60,777 bases of DNA from a virus (lineage: Duplodnaviria > Caudoviricetes): positions 1 to 60,777 of IMG/VR virus record IMGVR_UViG_3300036768_000354; one strand, given 5' to 3'. Both the position numbers and the translations under genes were made by a program. The notes beneath the pieces are model-generated. The model searched no databases. It was given only the letters and a program-made list of their open reading frames with translations, and had not been told where the DNA came from. Below are positions 12,287 through 21,404 of the stretch, one piece after another; the stretch's first letter is position 1, and every line of letters starts with the position of its first letter.

Positions 12287-12923
12287 TATATTTATTGAGT
12301 TAGAGAGATTAAAAGCTCACCTTCGTTCTAGGGGAATAGAAGAGGAGATGGTTGAAGGGATTGTCAGTGAAGCTGAACGAGAGATTACTTTTGCCTTAAG
12401 AGAGCAACTAGATCAAGCTATGGAATTAGCTATTCAATCCGGTGTTCAGAAAGACTCTTCAGACTTTATTAATCAGTTAAGACCTAGACCTGATGCTTTC
12501 ATGATTGAAACTGAATCAGGGGTAACAGATTTCACAGAACCTCCATATCCTATGCTAGACAGATTATTAGCTAGAGGTACCAAACCTATGAAGGATGGTA
12601 GTGGAGTTTATAGGGTTATTCCAGTTGGTGGAAAATCTGGTACTCAGAAAAAACCAATACATACTAATATTTTTGATGCTCAGAAAGCTATTTCAGCGGA
12701 ACGTTATGAGACTGCAGTTAGTCACTATAATAAGGTTGCGCCTAAGAATTCTAAGGTTAACTTTAGAACAGCTACTAGTAAGCAAAATAGGCAAACACAA
12801 TGGGTGATGCCGGAGAAACCTAAGGACTTTACAGAGGACCTAGCAGAGATTAATAGCTTGCTGGCGGCAGATTATGATAATTTAGTACTTGGGATCATTA
12901 GGTTATATGAGGAATCATTTTGA
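12279..12923 (+). CDS. Putative neck / tail-completion protein
   Basis: Position in the neck module; GVYRVIP and FRTATSK motifs. Confidence 0.5.
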   Translation: MINIFIELERLKAHLRSRGIEEEMVEGIVSEAEREITFALREQLDQAMELAIQSGVQKDSSDFINQLRPRPDAFMIETESGVTDFTEPPYPMLDRLLARGTKPMKDGSGVYRVIPVGGKSGTQKKPIHTNIFDAQKAISAERYETAVSHYNKVAPKNSKVNFRTATSKQNRQTQWVMPEKPKDFTEDLAEINSLLAADYDNLVLGIIRLYEESF

Positions 12924-13000
12924 AGACGTGTAGTAAGTGTAATAATATTAAAGAATTAGATGGTTTTTATAAATCAGATAAGTATCAGGGTGGTAGGTAA
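12920..13000 (+). pseudogene. 26-aa stub of an HNH-family endonuclease N-terminal Zn finger
   Basis: TTG start: MKTCSKCNNIKELDGFYKSDKYQGGR*, similar to MKKTCTTCKQEKTLDKFHK of 16272-16925. Confidence 0.65.
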
Positions 13001-13743
13001 TGTCTTTCGTGATGCCAGAAATAGTTATTCAGAAAGTTCTCACTCATGGTATAACTCAGTTACGAGCTAATAAGACTGAGTTTTATGACTTATTCTGTCA
13101 ATTCACTCAAGATGAACTAAATCAAGACTATGGTCCAAAGTATTTGGATGATGTCTGGAAATGGTTCTCTACAACTAAGATTCCTGTAGTTAAAGCTTGG
13201 TCTTTTAACTCACAAGTTATCCCATGTATCAGTGTACATCTAGCTAATGAGACTGAAGATGAAGGTAAAGCTTCGTTGGGTGATTTAGCAGGTACCTTTG
13301 ATTCTGAGGGTGAAACGGGTACTGGAGTATTTACCGCTATGGTAGATATCGGTATCCACGCTAATAAGGCCGGCGACCACGTTCTTTGGCTTTATTATAT
13401 AGTTGCCTATATTCTCTTTAAGCATAAGCTTATGGCCCATAGACTTGGACTTAAGTTACACACATTTAGCGCTTCTGATTACAATAAAGATGCTAACAAG
13501 ATGACTGAGAATATTTGGACTCGTTGGGTTAGATTTAGATGCACAACTCAGAATTTCTGGGATGCTGATAGATTTCAAGACATTCAAGACCTCAACACTG
13601 ATCCTGCAGTTGGCTTAGAGCCAGCCCATGATGTAGCGGTATCATTGGATGTCGATATAGATGAAGTAGACACTACGTCAAACGATGGCTTAATTGCTAG
13701 TCGTATAGGTGATGTAGATGGCGAAGATGATTTAAACATCTAA
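13000..13743 (+). CDS. Putative tail terminator / completion protein
   Basis: Synteny directly before the sheath module; IPCISVHLANE. Confidence 0.55.
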   Translation: MSFVMPEIVIQKVLTHGITQLRANKTEFYDLFCQFTQDELNQDYGPKYLDDVWKWFSTTKIPVVKAWSFNSQVIPCISVHLANETEDEGKASLGDLAGTFDSEGETGTGVFTAMVDIGIHANKAGDHVLWLYYIVAYILFKHKLMAHRLGLKLHTFSASDYNKDANKMTENIWTRWVRFRCTTQNFWDADRFQDIQDLNTDPAVGLEPAHDVAVSLDVDIDEVDTTSNDGLIASRIGDVDGEDDLNI

Positions 13744-13782
13744 CCGATACGTTCGGTTAAAATAAGTATTTAAGGAGCTAAA

Positions 13783-14040
13783 ATGGCGAAGAAGAATCTT
13801 AAGTCAATAGAGATTGATGAGACAGCCCTTGATGTAGCTGAAGAGGCTGCTCCAGAAGCTGCTATTGAGGAAGAGCTTGTGGATTTTGAAGCATGGTATG
13901 CTGCAAGACAGAAGGCTATTCCTACTCACCATCATAAAGAAATCCTACGAGCTGACTTTAAAGGTCGTAAGATTCCAGAGATGGCGACTATGGCAATTTT
14001 TGATGATGCTTTAAAAAAGTACGGTGTTAAGTTAGCCTAA
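13783..14040 (+). CDS. Hypothetical protein, 85 aa
   Basis: AAGGAG RBS; TAAAAT upstream. Confidence 0.8.
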   Translation: MAKKNLKSIEIDETALDVAEEAAPEAAIEEELVDFEAWYAARQKAIPTHHHKEILRADFKGRKIPEMATMAIFDDALKKYGVKLA

Positions 14041-14056
14041 CCTAACTTGACGCCTA

Positions 14057-14065
14057 TGTTATAAT
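14057..14065 (+). promoter_or_regulatory. Extended -10 promoter (TGTTATAAT) for the sheath gene
   Basis: TGn-TATAAT followed by an AGGAG RBS. Confidence 0.55.
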
Positions 14066-14097
14066 TATGTTAGAACTTAATTCAGGAGACATGATAC

Positions 14098-15900
14098 ATG
14101 GCAATTAATGTAAGCTTTAATGGTGCAACCATTTTCAAACCAGGTGCTTACTCAAAAACAAGCATTGATCTTGGCGGAGGATTTCCTCTTAGTCCAACAG
14201 GTATTGTTGCTATTTTTGGTGAAGCAGATGCGGGCGCTCCTGGTTCCGCTGAAACAAACATCGCTAATAACGTATTTAGCCCAGATCAACTTCCACAAAT
14301 TCGTGCGAAGTATCGAGGCGGAAATATCGTTGACGCTTGTAACTTCTTGTTTTCTCCAGGTGCCGATGGTGCAATTCCTGGTGGAGCGCAATATGTTTAC
14401 ATCTATAAGACAAATGCTTCTGTTCGTGCACAACTTGCACTTACAGCATCTTATGGAACAGTGCGTGCGTTAGAGTGGGGTGTCGGCGGAAACAGAATTA
14501 CTCTTAAGATTACTGGATCAGGTGCTACAAGAACAATTACTCTTTCTCAAAAAAGAGATAGTCTTGTTGAATCTGCAACAGTTGGTGGAAACACTGTAAT
14601 CACTATAACGAACCCAGCAGCTGGATCAACAGTTACTATCGATGATACAACAATTCAATTGTTTGATGGTACAATTACAACAACCCTTCTTAAATCTGCT
14701 TATAACAGTGTTTCTGATCTTGCATCGGATATCGCTCTTGTTTCTGGTTGGACTGCTTCAGTAGGAACTGGGATTGATCCTCGTTTATCAGTTGAAGTTC
14801 TTGACCATGTTACAGCTTTATCTGCTGTATCTGGTGCAGCTGTTAAGAAAGATGCTCAAGAAGTTCAAGACTTCTTTGCTCAATCACAGATCGCTGAAAT
14901 CATTTCTCCAGCATCAACAGGTCTTCCTGCTGCTCTTACTGAAACGTTCTTAGCTGGTGGAGCTATTGGAGCAACTCTTACTTCTGATATCACTACTGCT
15001 CTTTCAAAATTTGAAAAGATCAGAGTAAACAGTATCGTTCCTCTTTTCTCAAGAGATGCTACTGCAGATATCGCTGACAGAATGACTGATGCTTCTTCTA
15101 CATACACTATCGACGGTATTCACCAAGCTGTTAAGACACACTTAAGCTTGATGCAAACAACTAAGAAAAAATCTGAGCGCCAAGCTTATTTATCTGTTAA
15201 AGATACTTATGCTAACTCAAAAGCAAAAGCTATGAATTTAGCTTATGCTAGAGCTCAGTTGATGATCCAAGACATCAGAAATATCGATGCTCAAGGTGTC
15301 ATTAAATGGTTCCAACCTTGGGCTGGTGCGGCATTACTTGCTGGAGCTCGCGGCGGTTCACCAATTGGTAATCCAATGACTTTCAAATATTTCAATATGT
15401 CAGGTATTCGCCACACTGCTCAAGCTATGAGCACTGCTGAGCAAAATATCGTCATTGATTTCGATCCAGATACACAATATGATGATGCTATCCAAGCTGG
15501 TATCACCTTCTGGGAAGCTCCTCAAACTGGTGGATTCCGTTTAGTTGTTGATAATACAACTTACGGTAAGGATGGAAATTGGGTTTATAACCGTGGTAAC
15601 GTTTTATACGCTGCGGACATCCTTGCTTTCGACTTCCGTTCGCAACTTGAGAACATCTATGTTGGATTGAAGAATACAGTTTCTGCTGCGGAGATCAAGT
15701 CTACTTGTGAAGCTATCTTAGCTACTTATTTAGCTCAAGGTATCACTGTGAGTACGTCGGATGCGAAAAACGGGTTTAAGCAACTTGTAGTTCAAATTAA
15801 CGGCAATACAGTGAACATAAGTGTCGTAGTCAAGTTGGTGGAAGGCATCGATTTCGTTCTCGCCGATATTACACTTCAACGAGCTTCGCAAACTGCTTAA
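14098..15900 (+). CDS. Contractile tail sheath protein
   Basis: 600 aa; N-terminal FNGATIFKPGAYS; sheath-like C-terminal domain; followed by tube genes. Confidence 0.9.
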   Translation: MAINVSFNGATIFKPGAYSKTSIDLGGGFPLSPTGIVAIFGEADAGAPGSAETNIANNVFSPDQLPQIRAKYRGGNIVDACNFLFSPGADGAIPGGAQYVYIYKTNASVRAQLALTASYGTVRALEWGVGGNRITLKITGSGATRTITLSQKRDSLVESATVGGNTVITITNPAAGSTVTIDDTTIQLFDGTITTTLLKSAYNSVSDLASDIALVSGWTASVGTGIDPRLSVEVLDHVTALSAVSGAAVKKDAQEVQDFFAQSQIAEIISPASTGLPAALTETFLAGGAIGATLTSDITTALSKFEKIRVNSIVPLFSRDATADIADRMTDASSTYTIDGIHQAVKTHLSLMQTTKKKSERQAYLSVKDTYANSKAKAMNLAYARAQLMIQDIRNIDAQGVIKWFQPWAGAALLAGARGGSPIGNPMTFKYFNMSGIRHTAQAMSTAEQNIVIDFDPDTQYDDAIQAGITFWEAPQTGGFRLVVDNTTYGKDGNWVYNRGNVLYAADILAFDFRSQLENIYVGLKNTVSAAEIKSTCEAILATYLAQGITVSTSDAKNGFKQLVVQINGNTVNISVVVKLVEGIDFVLADITLQRASQTA

Positions 15901-15930
15901 TACAAAATTAGTTACTCTAAGCTTTCAGCT

Positions 15931-15961
15931 AAACCCCGACCAAAAGTCGGGGTTTTCTTTT
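15931..15961 (+). terminator. Rho-independent terminator after sheath
   Basis: AAACCCCGAC-CAAAA-GTCGGGGTTT followed by a T-rich tract. Confidence 0.85.
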
Positions 15962-15985
15962 GTATAGTTAATTATAGAAGAAAAC

Positions 15986-16275
15986 ATAGAATTTATTAAA
16001 GCAATTAAAGCGATTAAAACTCGTAAAAGATGCGCAGACCACAATGAAAGCCTGGATATTTTATTCAAGCGTGCGACAATGGACTGCTTCACGATTCTGA
16101 GTTCTATAGAACTGGCCCTTATAAAGTAAGAGGTGAATATCGATCTAACTGGCAAGATATGTTAACCAATGATTGGGAATTAATAGAGGACCTTGTTGAG
16201 TTAGTTGGATATAAAGAATCAAGCATAACTGTTGATGGTGAAAAACTTTTTCATAAAGTAGTAAAAACTATTTAA
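15986..16275 (+). pseudogene. Decayed DUF2829/Tad2-like gene
   Basis: (ATA)EFIKAIKAIKTRKRC / frameshift / RPQ*KPGYFI...NWQDMLTNDWELIE; matches the F-x-EA-x3-K-x-GKK-x-AR-x2-W and D-M-L-x2-DW signature. Confidence 0.6.
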
Positions 16276-16925
16276 TCTATCCAATTTCTATTAAGAAGTT
16301 CAAAACATAAATCTTGGGCTTCTTGAGTCTTGCTGTCTGACTTAGCAAAGTTTCCATTAGGTCCGTGAGTAATCATGGGCCTTAAATTTTTGAAGTGCTG
16401 CAATTTTATTAATTCTTCTTCATTCTGCGCCTGATTACAGGGACAGATATGATCAATCGACCAATAAGATCCATAGTTATCCCAAGTTAAACCATTAGAA
16501 AACTGATCCTCAATATGAGATTTAAAGTTCTCAAAAGAACAACCTAAATATTGCTCTAATTTCTTATGTTTCTTCAAATCTTTTCTAGTTAAATGATTAT
16601 AAAGAAGCGATCGAATATTGCTAAGTAATTTAAATTGAGGATCAGTTTTCTTTCTATTGGCTTGATACTTAGCTACATAACTAGCATGCTTATCAGCATT
16701 CTCTTCACGCCATTTATAAGTAGCTGCATTATGCCTTTCTTTGTTTTTAGCGTTCCAATTACTGCGACCTAGTTTGGCTCGTTCTGGATTATTTCGTTTC
16801 CACTCATTAGAAATATTGGTGATACACTCAGCACACTTAGATTTAACGCCAAACTTACCGGCCGCCTCTTTATGAAACTTATCTAACGTCTTTTCCTGTT
16901 TACAGGTTGTACATGTTTTCTTCAT
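16272..16925 (-). CDS. Free-standing HNH-family endonuclease
   Basis: CxxC...CxxC N-terminus; LGCSFENFKSHIEDQF-x-NGLTWDNYG-x-YWSIDHICP...NLRP. Confidence 0.8.
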   Translation of the reverse strand: MKKTCTTCKQEKTLDKFHKEAAGKFGVKSKCAECITNISNEWKRNNPERAKLGRSNWNAKNKERHNAATYKWREENADKHASYVAKYQANRKKTDPQFKLLSNIRSLLYNHLTRKDLKKHKKLEQYLGCSFENFKSHIEDQFSNGLTWDNYGSYWSIDHICPCNQAQNEEELIKLQHFKNLRPMITHGPNGNFAKSDSKTQEAQDLCFELLNRNWID

Positions 16926-17000
16926 ATTTCTATTATATGCGATACCTTCAACAAACTCAGAATTTATAGTTAAACTTATGGTATAATTAGCTAATAGACG

Positions 17001-17135
17001 ATATTAAAAATTGCACCAAACGGTCAGTGGTCACTAGAAAAGCAAGTGCGAGAACCTCATTTACCTGAGGCACTCTTTGAAGGTATTGGCCAAGGTGTTA
17101 TTTCTCATCATAAGAAATATGAAGTATCAAGGTAG
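17001..17135 (+). pseudogene. Startless gene fragment (ILKIAPNGQWSLEKQVREPH...)
   Basis: Follows TGGTATAAT plus 6 nt plus ATA at the usual leaderless start position; open for 44 codons. Confidence 0.4.
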
Positions 17136-17193
17136 AGATCCAAGACACGCTGACTTTGAGGGTATTTTTAGCATATTATAGTACAATAACTAT

Positions 17194-18117
17194 ATGAAAA
17201 CATGCATTAAAAATCATCAATACGATGATAACTTAAAATGTTGCCCAGAATGCAGAAAGCTTTCTAATTTAGCGTGGTATGCTAAAAACAAAGAGAAATC
17301 TATATCTAGATCTTTAGAACGTTATCACTCTAATAAAGAAGAAATTAAAAAACAAAGAAAGATCTCTAATCTTAATAAGACACCAGAACAAAAACGCAAA
17401 TCTAGAGACCGCAAAAACAAATACAGAAGAGAGCGGTACGCTAATGATATCAACTTTAGATTATCCCTAAAACTTAGAGCTAGAATATCACGGACTATCA
17501 AAAGTCATTCAGAAAGTTTAACTAATAACTTTGGCTGCACCATAGATGAGTTAAAGACCCACTTACAATCCAAGTTTCTTCCTGGGATGACTTGGGACAA
17601 TTATGGTAAGCATGGTTGGCATATTGACCACATCAAGCCCTTAGAAAACTTTGATCTAACTCGTGAAGATGAAGTAAAAAAAGCTTGTAAATATACAAAT
17701 TTGCTACCCAGATGGGCAAGCGACAATCATAAGAAATCTAATAAAACGCTTATCACTATTGTGACAGGTGCACCTGGAGCAGGGAAAAGTTGGGTAGCAA
17801 ATCAACTTGATAGGACTAAGTGGAATGTAGTGGATTCAGATGTGGTTCCTAAAAAAGAACTCGTAGATAGATGTATTTCAGACTTATCTACTGTTTTGTT
17901 CTTGACAATTGGGGTTTCTACTTTCATGAAGAATGATAGGTTTCACTACGATCTGATAGTAATAGATGAACCAATTGATGTACTAAAGAGTAGAGTGCTT
18001 GCTCGAGGTGGCAAGATTACACCAACAATTGAGAGACGCTATAAGCGCATGCAATCCCTAAAAACTAAAGCTAAATTTACAGGTTCGTCTCAAGAGGTCA
18101 TTGAGTATCTAAGTTGA
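17194..18117 (+). CDS. HNH-family endonuclease fused to a P-loop kinase-like domain
   Basis: FGCTIDELKTHLQSKF-x-PGMTWDNYG-x2-GWHIDHIKP...N; then Walker A GAPGAGKS and lid-like SRVLARGG. Confidence 0.8.
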   Translation: MKTCIKNHQYDDNLKCCPECRKLSNLAWYAKNKEKSISRSLERYHSNKEEIKKQRKISNLNKTPEQKRKSRDRKNKYRRERYANDINFRLSLKLRARISRTIKSHSESLTNNFGCTIDELKTHLQSKFLPGMTWDNYGKHGWHIDHIKPLENFDLTREDEVKKACKYTNLLPRWASDNHKKSNKTLITIVTGAPGAGKSWVANQLDRTKWNVVDSDVVPKKELVDRCISDLSTVLFLTIGVSTFMKNDRFHYDLIVIDEPIDVLKSRVLARGGKITPTIERRYKRMQSLKTKAKFTGSSQEVIEYLS

Positions 18118-18180
18118 CATAATAAGCCGCATGGATGAGATCTTAAAATATCACATAATGGCTAAATACCTCTACCAGAT

Positions 18181-18384
18181 ATGTCAGAAGAGAGAGAGGA
18201 TTTTAAGCTACATCAAGTTGTATCTTCATGGATACCAGAACATCATATTCATTCTTATCTGCCAAACGTAATAAACCCTAATCATGAAAAGATCCAAGAA
18301 CAAGAAGTCATAGTTGAGCCACACAATATTCAACCTGATAAAACCTATGCAGGTAAGAGTCTGCAAGCTAACTTAAAAAGTTAG
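18181..18384 (+). pseudogene. Probable gene remnant
   Basis: 67-aa ORF with no RBS, inside the decayed island. Confidence 0.3.
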
Positions 18385-18416
18385 ACATCAAGTAATCTCC
18401 CCCGTTTGCAATATTG

Positions 18417-18485
18417 AAGTAGCTAGTAGTTCAAATTAACGGCAATATAGTAAATGCAAGTGTTGTAGTAAAATTGCTTAATTGA
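18417..18485 (+). pseudogene. Duplicated, diverged remnant of the tail-sheath 3' end
   Basis: K*LVVQINGNIVNASVVVKL versus sheath KQLVVQINGNTVNISVVVKL; 22-bp identity between 18426-18447 and 15787-15808. Confidence 0.85.
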
Positions 18486-18505
18486 GGATTGCACGTTAGG
18501 TTTAG

Positions 18506-18537
18506 GGTAGGTCAGCGAAAGTCGACCTATCTTTTTT
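18506..18537 (+). terminator. Rho-independent terminator-like hairpin
   Basis: GGTAGGTC-AGCGAAAGTC-GACCTATC followed by T6. Confidence 0.65.
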
Positions 18538-18631
18538 AACTAAAAGCAGTGTATAGTAACTACATAGGGTTGCATAGTGCAATCTAAAAAAATGGAAGGT
18601 AAGGACAACCACAGTCCAAAAGGAGAATATT

Positions 18632-19189
18632 ATGGCAGGTAAAAAGCCATCGTTTATTACAGGTGCCAACGCAAAGATTAAAGTAGGCGGAAAGACTTTC
18701 GCATACGCTTCAGACGTTTCTTATTCAGTATCAGTTGATACTATTCCTATCGAAACAATGGGTCGATATGAAGCTATTAGTAATGAACCAGTTAACTACT
18801 CTGTGGCAGGAGAGTTGAGTGTGGTTCGTTATACAGGTATTGCTAAAGCAAATAACATGCCAGGAACAAACACTGGTGGTAATGGTCTTGGTAAAGTTGA
18901 TTACACAATTGGTGGGAATGCATCTAACGAGATCAATCCTGGTAACTTGCTTTTATCTCAAACTTGGGATTTAGCTGTTTATCAAAAAGAACAAGTTGAA
19001 GCTGCTGCTGCTGGTGGAACTGTAACAGACTCTGTTGAGTTTATTACAATCAAAGATTGCCGTTTTACTCGTAAAAGTTCTGCGTTAAATAAACGCGGTG
19101 TCTTAGTAGATCGTTTAGCTTTTGTTGGTATCTTAGCAGACGACGAATCTTTCGATGCGTCATACTCTGGTGACACAGACTTAACATAA
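18632..19189 (+). CDS. Tail tube protein (probably the major one)
   Basis: AAGGAG RBS; ITGANAKIKVGG...SYSV...IETMG; located after the sheath. Confidence 0.75.
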   Translation: MAGKKPSFITGANAKIKVGGKTFAYASDVSYSVSVDTIPIETMGRYEAISNEPVNYSVAGELSVVRYTGIAKANNMPGTNTGGNGLGKVDYTIGGNASNEINPGNLLLSQTWDLAVYQKEQVEAAAAGGTVTDSVEFITIKDCRFTRKSSALNKRGVLVDRLAFVGILADDESFDASYSGDTDLT

Positions 19190-19204
19190 TTAAGGTGAGT
19201 ACAG

Positions 19205-19894
19205 ATGTCTGGAATTAGACCATTCTTCATAACTGGCGCAAACGCCAAGATTAAGCTTAATGGAAAGACTCTAGCTTTCTGTACTGACTTATCGTATTCA
19301 GTTCAAGTTTTAACTCAAACTCCTAAAGTTCTAGGTATGTACGAGGGGTCATCTGTTGAACCCCTCGGATATACTGTTTCTGGAAGTTTCACGATAATTC
19401 GATATGCTAAAGATGCTAAATCTGCAGTTGGTAAAAAGGCTCCAAATGGTGTCGCAGCTAATGACGCCGGTAACGGAGTCGGGAACTGGGGATCTGTTTG
19501 GGGAAATGGGTTATTTAATGGTGTTGCTGCATCATTGGGATTAGGTAATGATGGGCGTGCAAACGAATCACTGGATCCTAGTCGATTCTCTCAGGGAACA
19601 ACTTTTGATATTCAAGTTTATCAAAAAGTTCCAGGTAATGCTCCTACAAATAACGGTGTATTAGATCAAGCTTTCGCACCTATTCAAGCAACTGCTGATT
19701 TTTTAAGCGGCGCGCAAGGTGGAGCAGGAGTTAATTTGCTTGGTGTAGCTAATATAAGGAATTGTAGGATAACACAAGCAGACTTTCAATTAACTAAAAA
19801 AGGTGCAGCAATACAAAGGTTTAATTTTGTTGCACTATATGTAGACGAAGATAGTTTTGTTGCAGACTTTAGCGGTTCTGGTCAGCAATTTTAG
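19205..19894 (+). CDS. Tail tube paralog 2
   Basis: FITGANAKIKLNGKTLAFCTDLSYSV closely matches 18632. Confidence 0.75.
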   Translation: MSGIRPFFITGANAKIKLNGKTLAFCTDLSYSVQVLTQTPKVLGMYEGSSVEPLGYTVSGSFTIIRYAKDAKSAVGKKAPNGVAANDAGNGVGNWGSVWGNGLFNGVAASLGLGNDGRANESLDPSRFSQGTTFDIQVYQKVPGNAPTNNGVLDQAFAPIQATADFLSGAQGGAGVNLLGVANIRNCRITQADFQLTKKGAAIQRFNFVALYVDEDSFVADFSGSGQQF

Positions 19895-19903
19895 AGGTAA
19901 TAA

Positions 19904-20527
19904 ATGCCTAATGGTTTTAACAATAGACCTAATGTTACTAATAGACTTGGCGACAACTTAACAAGCCAAGTTGCTGGCATTTTCTCTACGAGACCTAGTG
20001 CTAAATATGCTTCTGGAGCAAGAACTATATTAAAGATAAATGGAAGAGTAGTTGGTTTTGCTTTCGGAATCTCTTGGAGAATTAACACTCAAACAACTGA
20101 TATCAACACTATAGATGATTATTTTCCAGTAGAAATTGCTCCTCAAAGAGTAACTGTTGAAGGTTCCATAAGTGCACTCCATATTCCTGGCGTTTCTGCA
20201 GGGACTGAGTTGTGGCAGCCAGATGCTTTAAACTTCTTGTTTCAACAATATATAACTATTGAAGTTCGCGACAGCACCGATCAATTATTGTTCTATACTA
20301 GTAAGGCTATGATTACTTCTAGATCTGAGGATATTAGGGTAGATCAGTTAGCTAGCGTTCAATTAACCTGGAGAGCTATCGGCTTCCAAGATGAACGTAA
20401 ACCTGAGTTAGCTGAAGGTGCGAACGTTAAGCAAGAGAGTGCTCAACCAAAGAGTAGACTCTCTTCACCTATATCTGATCTTATTAACACGGTTAAGCGT
20501 CAAACTGGTTTTGGCTCTAATACTTAA
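19904..20527 (+). CDS. Tail tube paralog 3
   Basis: SGARTILKINGRVVGFAFGISW...I-x-TID aligns with the other two. Confidence 0.65.
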   Translation: MPNGFNNRPNVTNRLGDNLTSQVAGIFSTRPSAKYASGARTILKINGRVVGFAFGISWRINTQTTDINTIDDYFPVEIAPQRVTVEGSISALHIPGVSAGTELWQPDALNFLFQQYITIEVRDSTDQLLFYTSKAMITSRSEDIRVDQLASVQLTWRAIGFQDERKPELAEGANVKQESAQPKSRLSSPISDLINTVKRQTGFGSNT

Positions 20528-20576
20528 TCACGCGCTATCATTTAATTGGTATAATAACCTCTGATTGAGGAGTGTT

Positions 20577-20936
20577 ATGGATTTACCAAGCAAAGAAAAA
20601 ACATTTGACTTCGAACATGTAGGCGAGACCACTGGTAAAGAATATAAAGGTAGATTTACTGTTTTATGTGTTTTGAATGTGGGCCAAAAACATGCCTTAA
20701 GTCTTGAGAAAACACGCCTACTAGGCAACTATCAAAATCCTACCGATGATTTAGCTGGTCTAGCTATCATATTAGCAAACCTTAGAGCTAAGATTGTTGA
20801 AGCACCAGAATGGTGGAAACAAAGTCAAGGTGGAGCCCTAATTGAAGACGAAGACGCTTTAGTAGTCTTGTATAGAAAGATCCAAGAGGCTGAGTTTGAA
20901 TGGAAAGAAGAACTGAAGAAGAAGACTCAGAAATAG
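20577..20936 (+). CDS. Putative tail assembly chaperone (start revised to ATG 20577)
   Basis: GAGGAG RBS; between tube and tape measure genes; GRFTV...APEWW. Confidence 0.7.
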   Translation: MDLPSKEKTFDFEHVGETTGKEYKGRFTVLCVLNVGQKHALSLEKTRLLGNYQNPTDDLAGLAIILANLRAKIVEAPEWWKQSQGGALIEDEDALVVLYRKIQEAEFEWKEELKKKTQK

Positions 20937-21394
20937 GGTCAGAGTACACAATAATTGATGCCATAAGAGATAGAGCCGCTAAAAATGCGAGAGCTCCTCT
21001 AGATACTGAGGAGCAACTCTTGCTATTCCTACAGAGCTGGTGGTCTAGAACATACAATAGGCCACTAAAAGACCCATTACTATTATCATACACTTTAGAA
21101 GAATTATTATATGAATTCTACGACCGCATTGAGCGAATTAAAGCGGAAGATGAGCGACTTGAGCAAGAAAGTGTTAAGATAGAAGAGGCTAAAGATAAAG
21201 AGGCTGAAGATTGGGCTGAGCGCATGGAACGTGAAGAGCGAGAAGCTGAGTTGCGTGAGCAAGCAAGTAAAGCTGAAACATCTGACCCTACGAAAGATCC
21301 CGCTAATATCGCTTGGATGGAAGAACAACTTCGTGCAGGTAAAGAAGCGTTTGGAGATTCTTTTGGAGAAGATATAGAAGAAACTTTTGAATAA
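20900..21394 (+). CDS. Second putative tail assembly chaperone
   Basis: Overlaps the previous ORF in the -1 frame; directly precedes tape measure; WWSRTYNRPLKDP. Confidence 0.6.
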   Translation: MERRTEEEDSEIGSEYTIIDAIRDRAAKNARAPLDTEEQLLLFLQSWWSRTYNRPLKDPLLLSYTLEELLYEFYDRIERIKAEDERLEQESVKIEEAKDKEAEDWAERMEREEREAELREQASKAETSDPTKDPANIAWMEEQLRAGKEAFGDSFGEDIEETFE

Positions 21395-21404
21395 GTGAGA
21401 TGAG

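Noticed and set aside
15901-18631. Group I intron interrupting the sheath gene
   Set aside because: The sheath ORF is complete with its own terminator, the downstream copy is degenerate, and no intron core was recognised
20880-20940. Programmed -1 frameshift joining the two chaperone ORFs
   Set aside because: The arrangement fits a G/GT pair but I see no canonical slippery heptamer, and the second ORF has its own ATG; unresolved
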